NCBI GenBank assembly: GCA_046483305.1
Contig: JAWODM010000034.1
Coordinates: 32,001 to 96,000 of the forward strand
Source of the DNA: Candidatus Krumholzibacteriales bacterium
GTDB taxonomy: Bacteria; Krumholzibacteriota; Krumholzibacteriia; Krumholzibacteriales; WJIX01
DNA length: 64,000 nucleotides
Direction: 5' to 3'
The position numbers and the translations under genes were made by a program. Under the pieces are notes generated by a model that saw only the letters and a program-made list of their open reading frames with translations, was not told the origin of the DNA and did no database searches. Below, piece by piece: positions 1 to 9,951 of the stretch. How positions within the stretch are numbered: position 1 is the first letter of the stretch; each line of letters starts with the position of its first letter.

Positions 1-198
1 CCGGAGAGAGTCAGGCTGGAGTGGGTGGCCGCCTCTGAAGGAGAGAGATTCGCCAATGTAGTGGATGAGTTCACCAAACAGATAAGGGAGCTGGGCCCCC
101 TGAAACTGCGCGACTCATTGGAAAAGGTCCTCAGTGAAGACCTGATCCCGGACCTGGAGGAAGCAACAACAGAAGGCGGTGACGCCAATGAGGCTTAA
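1..198 (+). CDS. mvhD: Hydrogenase iron-sulfur subunit MvhD, 3' part (truncated by the window edge)
   Basis: Frame 1 reads PERVRLEWVAASEGERFANVVDEFTKQIRELGPL...EA* (TAA 196-198). This is the typical MvhD C-terminus, and it lies directly upstream of mvhG. Confidence 0.85.
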   Translation, partial: PERVRLEWVAASEGERFANVVDEFTKQIRELGPLKLRDSLEKVLSEDLIPDLEEATTEGGDANEA

Positions 199-1141
199 GA
201 CTGGAATCTACTGGGGCGCGGGATGCGGAGGCTGCGATGTCGCGGTGCTGGACGTCCACGAGAAAATACTGCTGGTGGCGGAGAAGATGGAGCTCTTGTT
301 CTGGCCGATAGCCATGGATTTCAAGTACGAAGATGTGGAGGCGATGGATGATGGGGAATTCGATATAGTTATGTATAACGGGGCGATCAGAAATTCCGAG
401 AATGAGGAAATAGCCAGACTGCTGAGAAAAAAGTCAAAAACCATGATAGCTCTCGGAGCGTGCGCCCATCTGGGCGGGCTGATAGCGATGGCCAATTTTC
501 ACAGCAGGGATTCCATCCTGAACAGAGTTTACCTGGAGACCGAATCGACAGACAATCCTGATTCGGTTATGCCCAGGGAAAAGTGGGAAAACGAAGGCGA
601 AGAACTGGAACTGCCATTTTTTCACCATACCGTCAAGACACTTGATCAGGTAGTGGATGTCGATTATTACATACCGGGATGCCCTCCCGTTCCGGACCAG
701 ATAGTTTCAGCGCTGGTTCAGGTCTGGGAAGGCAAGCTCCCTGAAAAGGGTTCGGTAATAGGAGCGGGAGAGAAGACTCTGTGCGATGAATGCCCCAGGG
801 AAAAGGAAGAGAAATCCATAACCGAGTTCAAGCGTCCGGTGGAAATGATTCCGGAACCTGAAAAATGCCTTCTGGAACAGGGCTTTCTATGCCTGGGGCC
901 GGTAACCAGAGAAGGGTGCGGAGCCAGATGCATAAATTCCAATGTCCCCTGCAGGGGATGTTACGGTCCTCTGGAAGAGGTCAGCGATCAGGGCATGCGT
1001 ATGCTGAGCGCCCTGGCATCGGTTCTTGAACCGAAGGAAGAAAAGAAGATAGACGAACTTATCAGCCAGCTCCCCGATCCTCTTAGAACGTTTTACAGGT
1101 TCAGTGCGGCTGCTTCCATACTGAGGAGGAAAAAAGTATGA
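188..1141 (+). CDS. mvhG: Group 3c [NiFe]-hydrogenase small subunit
   Basis: Fe-S motifs CGGC, GACAHLGG, PGCPP, CDEC, CLLEQGFLCLGP, CGARC and PCRGCYG. ATG 188 is preferred over the track start at 179. Confidence 0.9.
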   Translation: MRLKTGIYWGAGCGGCDVAVLDVHEKILLVAEKMELLFWPIAMDFKYEDVEAMDDGEFDIVMYNGAIRNSENEEIARLLRKKSKTMIALGACAHLGGLIAMANFHSRDSILNRVYLETESTDNPDSVMPREKWENEGEELELPFFHHTVKTLDQVVDVDYYIPGCPPVPDQIVSALVQVWEGKLPEKGSVIGAGEKTLCDECPREKEEKSITEFKRPVEMIPEPEKCLLEQGFLCLGPVTREGCGARCINSNVPCRGCYGPLEEVSDQGMRMLSALASVLEPKEEKKIDELISQLPDPLRTFYRFSAAASILRRKKV

Positions 1142-2598
1142 GGCGCGTAGAGATTGACCCAATCACCAGGTTGGAAGGACACGGCAAGATTTCTATTTTT
1201 ATAGATGACGACGGTTCAGTCAGTAACGCTTATCTCCAGATCCCGGAGCTGCGCGGGTTCGAGAAATTCGTAGAAGGCCTTCCGGTAGAGGAAATTCCCA
1301 GGATTATGCCCAGAATATGCGGAGTCTGTCCAGCCGCTCATCACATGGCTGCGGGCAAGGCGGTAGACGCTGTTTATGGCCTGGATATACCGCCGGTGGC
1401 AAAGAAGCTCCGCGAGCTCTATTATATGGCTCACTTCATTCACAGCCATGCGGCGCATTTCTATGCGCTGGCCGCTCCCGATTTCGTGGTAGGCCCGGAT
1501 GCCCCCAAGGCTTCCAGGAACGTTCTGGGGCTTATCGAGAAGGTGGGCCTTGAAATAGGCAAGAAGGTCATCAGGCAGAGGGCTGTCTCCCAGGATATCC
1601 AGATCATGGTGGGGGGCAGGGCCACCCATCCGGTATGGAATATCCCCGGCGGAGTGACCAGGGCTCTCTCCGAAGAAAACAGGGATAAGGTAAAGGAGCT
1701 GGCGGAGGGCCAGCTGGAGTTCGGTCTGTTCGGCCTGAAGCTCTTTGACGACGTGGTTCTGAAGAACCAGGAGTACCTGGATCTGGTTACCGGCGACGTC
1801 TTTGATCAGGTAACCAATTACATGGGCCTGGTGGATGAGAATAACAAGGTTAATTTCTACCATGGCAGGGTCAGAGTGGTGGATCACGAGGGCAACGAGA
1901 TAATCAAGTATTCCGAACCGGAGTATCTGGAACATATCGCCGAACATGTGGAGCCTTATTCATATCTTAAGTTCCCCTATCTGAAACAGCGGGGCTGGAA
2001 CGGTTTCGTGGAGGGGGCCGGGACCTCCCTGTACCAGGCCAATCCCCTGCCCAGGCTTAACGCCTCCGATGGGATGGCTACTCCCAGGGCTCAGGAACAG
2101 TACGAAAAGATGTACGATACCCTGGGCGGGAAGCCGTGCCACAAGCTGATGGTGAACCACTGGGCAAGATTGATAGAGATTGTATACGCCGCGGAGCGGA
2201 TGGTGGAACTGATCAACGATGAAGAGATAACCGATCCCAACGTCAGGGTAATACCTTCCACCACTCCCAGAGAGGGCGTGGGTATTGTGGAAGCTCCAAG
2301 AGGAACCCTGACCCACCATTACTGGACCGATGAAAACGGAATAGTAACCAGAGCTAACCTTATCGTGGGAACCACCAACAATAATGCCTCTATTTCCATG
2401 GCGATCAAGAAGGCGGCTGAAAAACTTATCAAACCGGGAGGAGAAGTCTCTGACGGCCTGCTCAACATGGTAGAGATGGCTTTCAGGCTCTATGACCCCT
2501 GCTTCAGCTGCGCCACACATTCACTCCCCGGCCAGATGCCCATGGTTGTGGAGATAAGGTCCCGCCAGGGAGAGATCCTTAATAGAATTTCCAGGTAG
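1138..2598 (+). CDS. mvhA: Group 3c [NiFe]-hydrogenase large subunit
   Basis: N-terminal TRLEGH, L1 motif PRICGVC, L2 motif YDPCFSCATH, followed by a cleavable C-terminal extension. Confidence 0.93.
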   Translation: MRRVEIDPITRLEGHGKISIFIDDDGSVSNAYLQIPELRGFEKFVEGLPVEEIPRIMPRICGVCPAAHHMAAGKAVDAVYGLDIPPVAKKLRELYYMAHFIHSHAAHFYALAAPDFVVGPDAPKASRNVLGLIEKVGLEIGKKVIRQRAVSQDIQIMVGGRATHPVWNIPGGVTRALSEENRDKVKELAEGQLEFGLFGLKLFDDVVLKNQEYLDLVTGDVFDQVTNYMGLVDENNKVNFYHGRVRVVDHEGNEIIKYSEPEYLEHIAEHVEPYSYLKFPYLKQRGWNGFVEGAGTSLYQANPLPRLNASDGMATPRAQEQYEKMYDTLGGKPCHKLMVNHWARLIEIVYAAERMVELINDEEITDPNVRVIPSTTPREGVGIVEAPRGTLTHHYWTDENGIVTRANLIVGTTNNNASISMAIKKAAEKLIKPGGEVSDGLLNMVEMAFRLYDPCFSCATHSLPGQMPMVVEIRSRQGEILNRISR

Positions 2599-2625
2599 CC
2601 GGGTTATGTCTCGGGAGAAATCCAG

Positions 2626-3132
2626 ATGAGTACAGTTATTATCGGGCTTGGAAACACTATCCTGTCTGATGACGGGGCGGGTATTTACGCCGCCCGGGAA
2701 TTGAGAGAAAAACTGGATTCCTCCTTCAATATCATGGAAGCGGAGCTGGCCGGGCTGGATCTGATGGAGATGATGAAGGATTATGACCGCGCGGTCATAA
2801 TAGATGCGATCAAACTGGACGGGGAAGAGCCGGGCACCGTATTCAAACTCAGAAACGATGATATCAGAATAACTCCCAGGCTGGCTTCCTGTCATGATGT
2901 CGACCTGGTTACAGCGATAGCCCTGGGAAGGCGGCTCGGCCTGAAGATGCCTGATGAGGTAATCATTTATGCGGTGCAGGGCGGGGATGTTCTGACCCTG
3001 AACGAAGGCTGCACCGAGCCGGTGGAGAGGGTTATTCCAGATCTGGTTGATGAAATAGCCGGGACTCTGACCGGGAAGCGGCACCGGCGGATATCCATAC
3101 CCCTTGAAGAAAGAAGCAACAGGGATGCATGA
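2626..3132 (+). CDS. Hydrogenase maturation endopeptidase
   Basis: GLGNTILSDDGAG, IIDA and SCHD motifs; follows the large subunit. Confidence 0.9.
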   Translation: MSTVIIGLGNTILSDDGAGIYAARELREKLDSSFNIMEAELAGLDLMEMMKDYDRAVIIDAIKLDGEEPGTVFKLRNDDIRITPRLASCHDVDLVTAIALGRRLGLKMPDEVIIYAVQGGDVLTLNEGCTEPVERVIPDLVDEIAGTLTGKRHRRISIPLEERSNRDA

Positions 3133-3481
3133 AGTTTCTCTTATGCAGAACGTAATCTCAGTGGTAACTGAAACCGCTGAGCGGCAGGGAGGGGGCAGGG
3201 TAAGTTCAATCCATCTTAAAATAGGTAAAATGGCAGGGGTTAATATCGATTCTCTCAGGTTTGCGTTCGATATCATCTCAAAAGGTACCGTCGCCGAAGA
3301 CGGCAGGCTTGAGGTCGAGCATGTCCCGCTGAAACTGAGCTGCGGCGGCTGCGGAAAAGAATTCAGCCCTGACCAGTTTTCTCTGATATGCCCTTATTGC
3401 GGCGGCAAGAATATAGATATCGTTTCCGGCAGGGAGATGCAGGTGGATTACATCATGATGGAAGATGAAGAAGAGAGATAG
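3125..3481 (+). CDS. hypA: Hydrogenase nickel metallochaperone HypA
   Basis: MHE N-terminus at ATG 3125, two CxxC motifs and SGRE. Confidence 0.93.
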   Translation: MHEVSLMQNVISVVTETAERQGGGRVSSIHLKIGKMAGVNIDSLRFAFDIISKGTVAEDGRLEVEHVPLKLSCGGCGKEFSPDQFSLICPYCGGKNIDIVSGREMQVDYIMMEDEEER

Positions 3482-3540
3482 ATATAACACGAGATTATAT
3501 TCTATTAATTTAACATCCCCGTTTAACTTCCCCGCCAGGC

Positions 3541-3570
3541 TTGACTTTTCGGCCTGCCTTATGTTATAAT
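3541..3570 (+). promoter_or_regulatory. Sigma70-type promoter with no downstream annotated gene
   Basis: TTGACT (3541-3546), an 18-nt spacer, then TGtTATAAT (extended -10, 3562-3570). Confidence 0.5.
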
Positions 3571-3827
3571 AATAAACGGATTAAGGCCTTGCCGTAATAG
3601 AAAACCATTAATATTCACGGATCCGCGGCAGGGTTCAGCAGCTTAGCTTTATCGCATATCTCATTTGGTTAGACGGTAATCCCCTGTAAGAACAAGACTG
3701 TTATTCGATGAACTCTGTCCCCCAAAGAGCAGGTATGTTTAATAAGTATTTTCGGCGCTGCCGGCATCCCCGCGACTTGCCGGGGCGCTTCGCAGTCCCT
3801 GGCCAGAGTGACTGCGAAAAACCCGGA

Positions 3828-3900
3828 ATCTGTCCCCGCCGCGTCCCGTGATGACCATGAGAATCCATCCCAGATATATTATTAAGCGGCGGGGACAGAT
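3828..3900. repeat. 15-bp perfect inverted repeat with a 43-nt spacer
   Basis: ATCTGTCCCCGCCGC (3828-3842) and GCGGCGGGGACAGAT (3886-3900). It is preceded by a 9-bp hairpin, TTCGCAGTC/GACTGCGAA (3789-3818). Confidence 0.85.
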
Positions 3901-3972
3901 GACGGAAAGACCGGTTCCTTTAAATTTCTTTGAAGTACCACTGGTTGGGCCTGTATTTGAATATTGAGCTGC

Positions 3973-4263
3973 TCAGACGGATTCCTCTACCGGAAGAAGG
4001 AACGCCTTAACCCCCGCATCCATGAATTCTTCCTTCAGCTGCCTGATCTTTTCAAGCAGCTGTGTTGCCCTTTCATCCTCGCATACCATCATGATCAAAG
4101 AATTGGTGGAGGGCCAGATATGAGTCCCCATATGGGGGTCCGAGTGCTCCCCCCTGCCGTGCAGGCCCTGAATCCTGGTGAACTTCTCCGCTCCGCATTC
4201 TTTCATGCATTCCCGGACCTCTTCTTCTATGGAAGCGTTGTATATGAATATTACCATTTTCAT
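3973..4263 (-). CDS. PII-like, transporter-associated small protein
   Basis: 96 aa with GRGEHSDPHMGTHIWP and a ferredoxin-like PII pattern; last gene of the RND operon. Confidence 0.75.
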   Translation of the reverse strand: MKMVIFIYNASIEEEVRECMKECGAEKFTRIQGLHGRGEHSDPHMGTHIWPSTNSLIMMVCEDERATQLLEKIRQLKEEFMDAGVKAFLLPVEESV

Positions 4264-4305
4264 TATTTGGACCCTCCCGGCGATAATTGACCTGAATTCC
4301 CGATT

Positions 4306-7300
4306 CTATGCCGCGCCATCATTCTTCTTTCTGTTTCTTCTGATCCTTTCCTCCATTATCGAGTACAGGGTAGGAACGAAAAGCAGTGTAACCAGGGCCG
4401 AGAAAAGGAGGCCTCCTATAACCGATATCGCAAGGGGGCTCCAGCTTTCGGCGCCCTCTCCGGTGCTGAGAGCCAGCGGTGTAAGGGCGAATATGGTAGT
4501 GAAAGCGGTCATCAGTACCGGCCTGAGCCGCCTCTGTCCGGCAGTCAGTATTGCTTCCCGTATTTCATACTCTCTGGCCCTCAGTATATTGGTGTAATCT
4601 ACCAGCACGATACCGTTATTTACCACTATACCCACCAGCATTATCATCCCCACGTAAGATACCAGGTTCAGGGTATTCCCGGTAATGAGAAGGGCCATTA
4701 TTACACCGGTAATGGCAAAGGGGACTGAGAACATTATTACGAAGGGGTCGAGCAGAGATTCGAACTGGGAGGCCATTACCATATAAACGAGGGTTATACC
4801 CAGAATCAGCGCCAGGAAGAGGTATTTAAACGATTCCGCCTGGTCTTCGGCGGTCCCCCCGAAGTGGAGCGCTATATTCGGGGGAATTTCCATCCCGTCT
4901 GTCTCTTCGCGGATATCCTCAACCACGTCACCGAGAGGCCTCCCGTATATCCCGGCATTCAGGTATACCACTCTCTGCTGATTCTTTCTCTCCAGGGTTC
5001 TAACCCCTCTTTCAATCCGCAGTTCCGCGATATTCGCAAGGGGTATCTGCCGGCCGGTAACCGGTGATATTACCGTGGTTCTCAGCAGGTTTCTGGTGTC
5101 CCTGCGGGTCTTCCTGTCGAGCCTTATTCTGGTATCGAACTCGTCGTCGCCTTCGCGGTAAAGCATCGCTATCTTTCCCTCGAAGTTATTCCTTACCGTG
5201 TTCGATATGTGAGCCATATTAAGGCCAAGCATCGCCGCCTTCTCCCTGTCCACCTCAACCCACAGCTCGGGCTTGCCCGGTTTTCTGGAGATGGAAGGGT
5301 CGATTATTCCCTCGATTCCCTTAACCACCTCCAGCAGCTCCCCGGCGAATTTGCCGGAGGCGCTGTAATCGTCGCTGTATATCTCGATCGACACCGGTGT
5401 GGTGCCTCCCGACATCATCGCCGCGAACATATCGGTGGGGGTGAAATCAACCGCAACCACGCCTGGTATCTTCTTGATCTCCCTGGAGAGCATCTTCCCG
5501 ATGTCCGCGTCTGAACGCTCTCTTTCATTCTTGTCTATAAGCATTCCTCCCACATTGATTATATGAGTATCTTCCTGCCTTCCTATCATGGCGCTGAATC
5601 CTGACTCGCTGGTTCCGCACCTGGCGAACACCATGTCGGCTTCCGGAACTTTCTCGAAAAGGATCTGTTCCACCCGGGCCATTACACTGTCGGTTACCTC
5701 CACCCGGGTGCCTACCGCCAGCTCTATATTGCCCCTCACCTCTCCCTGGTCCACCATGGGGAAGAATTCCGTGCCGATGAATCTGGTAAGAAGAAGCGAT
5801 GAAAGGAATATCACCAGGCCGGAGAGGATGACGGCCTTCCGGTGGTTCAGAGACCAGTTGAGCAGGCCGGCGTAGAAAGTTTCAATCCTTCTGAATATCC
5901 TGTTTCCGTATGCCTGGAGAGCGGTTTCCTTCCTGTTGTCAATCCGGCGAAGCAACTTTGAGGAGAGCATGGGAGTCAGAGAAAGGGCGCAGAAGAGTGA
6001 ACCGATAAGCACTACTATTATGGAGAAGGCAAGTTCCTTGAAGATAATCCCGGTAATACCCGGGATGAATATAACCGGTATGAATATGGAAACCGTGGTG
6101 GCGGTGGATGCGGTTACCGCAAGGCCTACCTCGGATGAACCGAATACCGCCGATTCATTCGGGGATTCGCCGATTTCCTTTCGGTGATAGTATATATTCT
6201 CGAAGATTACTATCGCGTTATCCACCACCAACCCGATAGCTATCGCCACCGCCGACAGAGACATTGTATTTATGGTGTATCCGCCCAGGTAGAGAAAGAT
6301 AAATGCCAGCACCATGGAGAAGGGGATGGTTACTCCCACGATGAAACTTCCCCTCCATTCCCGCAGAAACAGGAAAACTACTATTACCACAAACAGAATC
6401 GCCCATAGTACTGTATTCCTGAGGTTGTTAACCGAATCCTTTATGAATTTGGACGAGTCCATGATGATGTTCACCCTGGCGTCCGATGGAAGGTCCTCAG
6501 CCAGCAGGGGCAGTTCTCCGGTTATACTTTCGGCCACTTCCACTGTGTTTTCATCGGACTGCTTCATCGCCAGCACCACCACCGCTTTCTCTCCGTTGAC
6601 TCTTACCCTCCGGTCCTTTTCCTTGTACCCGTCAATCACCTCGGCGACATCTCTTACGTAGACCGGTTTATTATCCCTCACTGCCACCACCGTGCCTGCA
6701 ATTTCATCAACCCCGGTGTATTCTCCTGGCACCCTGATAATATATTCGGTTTTCCCCATCTCTATCTTGCCGGCGGGCCTGGATATGTTCTCAGCGGCCA
6801 GGACGGTTGCTATCTGCTGTTCCGATATCCGGTATCCCTCCAGCTTTCCCTGGTCCACGATGATCTTTATCTCCCGTTCTTCTCCTCCCATCGCTTCCGC
6901 CAGGGCCACGCCGGGAAGCCTCATCAGTGGATCGCAAATCCTCTTTTCCACTATGTTAAAGAGTTCGTTATAGCTCTGGTCGGCAGTAATACCTATCCAC
7001 ATTACCGGCATCATGGAAAGGTCGAATTTAATCAGCATCGGTTCTTCCGCGTCTTCGGGAAGGGCTTCTTCCGCGAAATCTATCGCCTGGCGGATATCAT
7101 TGGCGGCTTCGTCCAGGTTGGTGCCCCACTCGAAGCTGATCAGGATCGAGGAATAGTCTTCCATTGAATTGGAGTTGATATCCTTAATATGTGAGATCGC
7201 GGCCAGGTTGGATTCCAGAATCTTGGTAACCAGGTTTTCCATATCTCTGGAGCTGGCGCCGGGGTATCTGGTGATTACGCCCATGGTGGGGATTTCGATC

Positions 7301-7416
7301 TCAGGCATGACATCTATCTTTATCCGGGTGAGCGATATTATCCCGATGATCAGAATGGCCATAAAGACCATCATCGTCATTACCGGTTTATCTACTGACT
7401 TTCTGGGGAGTTTCAA
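4306..7416 (-). CDS. RND efflux permease (AcrB/AcrD/AcrF family)
   Basis: 1036 aa; GLVVDNAIV, GIVVNNGIV and RLRPVLMT motifs; 12-TM pattern. Confidence 0.95.
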   Translation of the reverse strand: MKLPRKSVDKPVMTMMVFMAILIIGIISLTRIKIDVMPEIEIPTMGVITRYPGASSRDMENLVTKILESNLAAISHIKDINSNSMEDYSSILISFEWGTNLDEAANDIRQAIDFAEEALPEDAEEPMLIKFDLSMMPVMWIGITADQSYNELFNIVEKRICDPLMRLPGVALAEAMGGEEREIKIIVDQGKLEGYRISEQQIATVLAAENISRPAGKIEMGKTEYIIRVPGEYTGVDEIAGTVVAVRDNKPVYVRDVAEVIDGYKEKDRRVRVNGEKAVVVLAMKQSDENTVEVAESITGELPLLAEDLPSDARVNIIMDSSKFIKDSVNNLRNTVLWAILFVVIVVFLFLREWRGSFIVGVTIPFSMVLAFIFLYLGGYTINTMSLSAVAIAIGLVVDNAIVIFENIYYHRKEIGESPNESAVFGSSEVGLAVTASTATTVSIFIPVIFIPGITGIIFKELAFSIIVVLIGSLFCALSLTPMLSSKLLRRIDNRKETALQAYGNRIFRRIETFYAGLLNWSLNHRKAVILSGLVIFLSSLLLTRFIGTEFFPMVDQGEVRGNIELAVGTRVEVTDSVMARVEQILFEKVPEADMVFARCGTSESGFSAMIGRQEDTHIINVGGMLIDKNERERSDADIGKMLSREIKKIPGVVAVDFTPTDMFAAMMSGGTTPVSIEIYSDDYSASGKFAGELLEVVKGIEGIIDPSISRKPGKPELWVEVDREKAAMLGLNMAHISNTVRNNFEGKIAMLYREGDDEFDTRIRLDRKTRRDTRNLLRTTVISPVTGRQIPLANIAELRIERGVRTLERKNQQRVVYLNAGIYGRPLGDVVEDIREETDGMEIPPNIALHFGGTAEDQAESFKYLFLALILGITLVYMVMASQFESLLDPFVIMFSVPFAITGVIMALLITGNTLNLVSYVGMIMLVGIVVNNGIVLVDYTNILRAREYEIREAILTAGQRRLRPVLMTAFTTIFALTPLALSTGEGAESWSPLAISVIGGLLFSALVTLLFVPTLYSIMEERIRRNRKKNDGAA

Positions 7417-8531
7417 TTACCCTTTCCCCCTTCCACCGCCACTCTGCTTCCGTCACTGACCACGTTTTTGCCCGCCAGGATAACTGTCTCGCCCTCTGCC
7501 AGCCCTTCGGATATCTCTATAAACAATCCTTCCCGTAGCCCCGGTTTTACCTCTCTGCGCCTGGCGGCCCCATCTTCCACCACGAACAGATAATCCCTGC
7601 CGCTGGCCTCCAGGAGGGCATCCACCGGTACCGCCACCGCGCCTTTCCTCTCCCTGACGATGAGCTCCACGGTGGCGAAGAACCCCGGTTTCAGCATACC
7701 GCCGGGATTCCCTGCGCTGACTTCCAGGGGAAAAGATCTGGTCTGTATGCTGGCCGCCGGGCTCAGCGAATAAACAGAGCCCTCAAAAAGGGTATCCGGG
7801 TAAGTATCAACGCGGATAACCGCCCTGTCCCCTTTGTCCAGATACTTTATATCCTCCGCCGGGACCGTCCCCTCTATTTTTACCGATGAAATATCCATGA
7901 GGGTGGCTACCCCCGGGCTTCCGGGCATGGGGCTCAGGATATCCCCTTCATCAGCGTTCCGGCTGGTGATATAGCCGGCGAAGGGGGCCTTTATAACCGC
8001 CTCATCCATGTTATAACGGGCCATCTCCAGGTTCGCTTCCGCCTGCCGCAGCTGCGCCATAGCCGATTCATGCGCCAGCTGCGCCTGTTCGTAGTCCCTG
8101 GTTGATACCGATCCCTTCTCCTTCAGTTTCAGCAGCCTGTTGTAATTGGTCCTGGCGTTCTCCAGGCTGGCTTTCGCGACAGATACCGCCGCTTCCGCCT
8201 GGTTCAACTGTATCCTTACCGGCGCCATGTCAAGGTTCGCGATAATCTGTTGCTCCTCCACGTAATCTCCCTGCTCAATCAGTATCTCATCCAGCTTGCC
8301 CCCGGCGGCCGGCACTATATCCGATCTCTGCCAGGGCTGAATGGTGCCGGTGAAGATTATCCGGTCGCTTATATCCTTTCTGGAGGCGGTGAACGTCTTG
8401 ACCGGAACGGGGCCGTTCTCCTCTTCCGCTCCGCAGTATCCGGAAAAGATCATAGCCAGGGCCGCAATTGAAAGCAGAGAGGCCGAGGCCATATATTTCA
8501 GAATCGTTTTCCGGTGGCGCTTATAAGGCAT
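7413..8531 (-). CDS. RND periplasmic adaptor (membrane fusion protein)
   Basis: Lipoyl and coiled-coil pattern with IKAPFAG and LKPGFFA; the start codon is uncertain. Confidence 0.92.
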   Translation of the reverse strand: MPYKRHRKTILKYMASASLLSIAALAMIFSGYCGAEEENGPVPVKTFTASRKDISDRIIFTGTIQPWQRSDIVPAAGGKLDEILIEQGDYVEEQQIIANLDMAPVRIQLNQAEAAVSVAKASLENARTNYNRLLKLKEKGSVSTRDYEQAQLAHESAMAQLRQAEANLEMARYNMDEAVIKAPFAGYITSRNADEGDILSPMPGSPGVATLMDISSVKIEGTVPAEDIKYLDKGDRAVIRVDTYPDTLFEGSVYSLSPAASIQTRSFPLEVSAGNPGGMLKPGFFATVELIVRERKGAVAVPVDALLEASGRDYLFVVEDGAARRREVKPGLREGLFIEISEGLAEGETVILAGKNVVSDGSRVAVEGGKGN

Positions 8532-8549
8532 ATGCTTTCCTTTCAGTTT

Positions 8550-9947
8550 TTATTCTGTTTCCGGGCTCCGGATCAGTTTGCCGGCAGCTCTTTCCAGGTT
8601 GGACCTGGCCACCAGATAGCGGGCCAGAGAGTTTCTGTGATTGGCCCTCGCTCTGGTAAGAATCAGCTGGGCATCCAGGAGCTCTGTGTTATTAATGATT
8701 CCTTCCGTGAATTTCTGATCGGCTACCCGGTAGTTTTCCCTGGCATGTCTGAGCGCTTCTTCACTTGCCGACACGGACTGCTTCGTTTCGGTAAGCTGGA
8801 GCAGGGCCCTGGCCACATCCAGTTTCACCGCTTCCCTGATCTTTTCCAGCTCCAGTTCCAGCTGTTTTCTTCTGCTGTTCGACTGTCCGGCCCGGTGGGC
8901 GGCCGCTCCCCAGTCGAAAATGTTCATTCTTGCGACCACACCCATGGTCCAGGTGGTATAGAACTCGTCCAGATACTGCCGGTCGGGGCGGTTATAACCG
9001 AGATTGGCGAAGAAGGAGATGTCCGGAAGGTAAGCTTTTCTGTCTATGGTATACTGTTTTCCAGCTATATTGAGCTGATTTTCCACGGCGGCAATCTCGG
9101 GCCTGCGGTTGACTGCCTCTGCGGTCACCTTATCCAGATTTATCAGGGACGGCCCGGGGTCAACCGATGGTTTTTCGGTCAGCCGGACCGCTGAAGATAG
9201 CGGGAGCCCCAGCATGTCGCAGAGGTTCTTCTGAGCAAGCTCTATACTGTTATTGGCCTGAATCAGCCCGAGGTGCGATTCGGAGAGCAGGGCCCTGGTC
9301 TTTAGCATGTCATTTCTGGCGGCAAGCCCGTTTTCATAGAGGTTTTCAAGATCCTGCAGCTGCGAGCTGAGCATCCTTGCCGACTCGACCGCCACCTCTT
9401 TCAGTTCCATGGCGTTATACAGGCTCCAGTAGGACTGAACAGTTTCGAAAATAAGCTGGTTTCTTCTCGCCCGGAGGTCCGATACCGCGGCATCCCTGGC
9501 GAATTCACTGATATCGCACTGATCCATTATCTTGCCGAAGGTGAATATGGGCTGTGTAAGGTTCAGAGATAGTGAATAGTTGTTCGGGGAGCCTATCACT
9601 ATCTTCTTGGGCATCTCTTCCTCACCGGGGGTGGGAGAGCCGAATCCTCCGAACATCGCGGCGGGAAAGAAGGGGGCCATGTCCAGCCTGGTGTAATTTG
9701 CCTCCCCGGTCAGCTTCGGCATACTGGAGGTTCTGGATTCCTTCAATCTTTCTTCGCTCTCGAGAATTTTCTCCCTGGCTATCTTAATGTCCCGGTTGTT
9801 CTTCAGGGCCATGGCGATGCTCCGGTCCAGAGAGAGCCGCAGGGTGTCGCCGGCCGCCGGAAGGGCGGCTGAGGTTTCGGCCCCGGCAGGCGAGATGAAA
9901 AAAAGCAGCGCCGACTCGATTGCCATTATTCTGATCAGATTCTTCAT
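8550..9947 (-). CDS. TolC-family outer membrane efflux protein
   Basis: Signal peptide, LSLDRSIAMALKNN and two OEP repeats. Confidence 0.92.
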   Translation of the reverse strand: MKNLIRIMAIESALLFFISPAGAETSAALPAAGDTLRLSLDRSIAMALKNNRDIKIAREKILESEERLKESRTSSMPKLTGEANYTRLDMAPFFPAAMFGGFGSPTPGEEEMPKKIVIGSPNNYSLSLNLTQPIFTFGKIMDQCDISEFARDAAVSDLRARRNQLIFETVQSYWSLYNAMELKEVAVESARMLSSQLQDLENLYENGLAARNDMLKTRALLSESHLGLIQANNSIELAQKNLCDMLGLPLSSAVRLTEKPSVDPGPSLINLDKVTAEAVNRRPEIAAVENQLNIAGKQYTIDRKAYLPDISFFANLGYNRPDRQYLDEFYTTWTMGVVARMNIFDWGAAAHRAGQSNSRRKQLELELEKIREAVKLDVARALLQLTETKQSVSASEEALRHARENYRVADQKFTEGIINNTELLDAQLILTRARANHRNSLARYLVARSNLERAAGKLIRSPETE

Positions 9948-9951
9948 GTCA

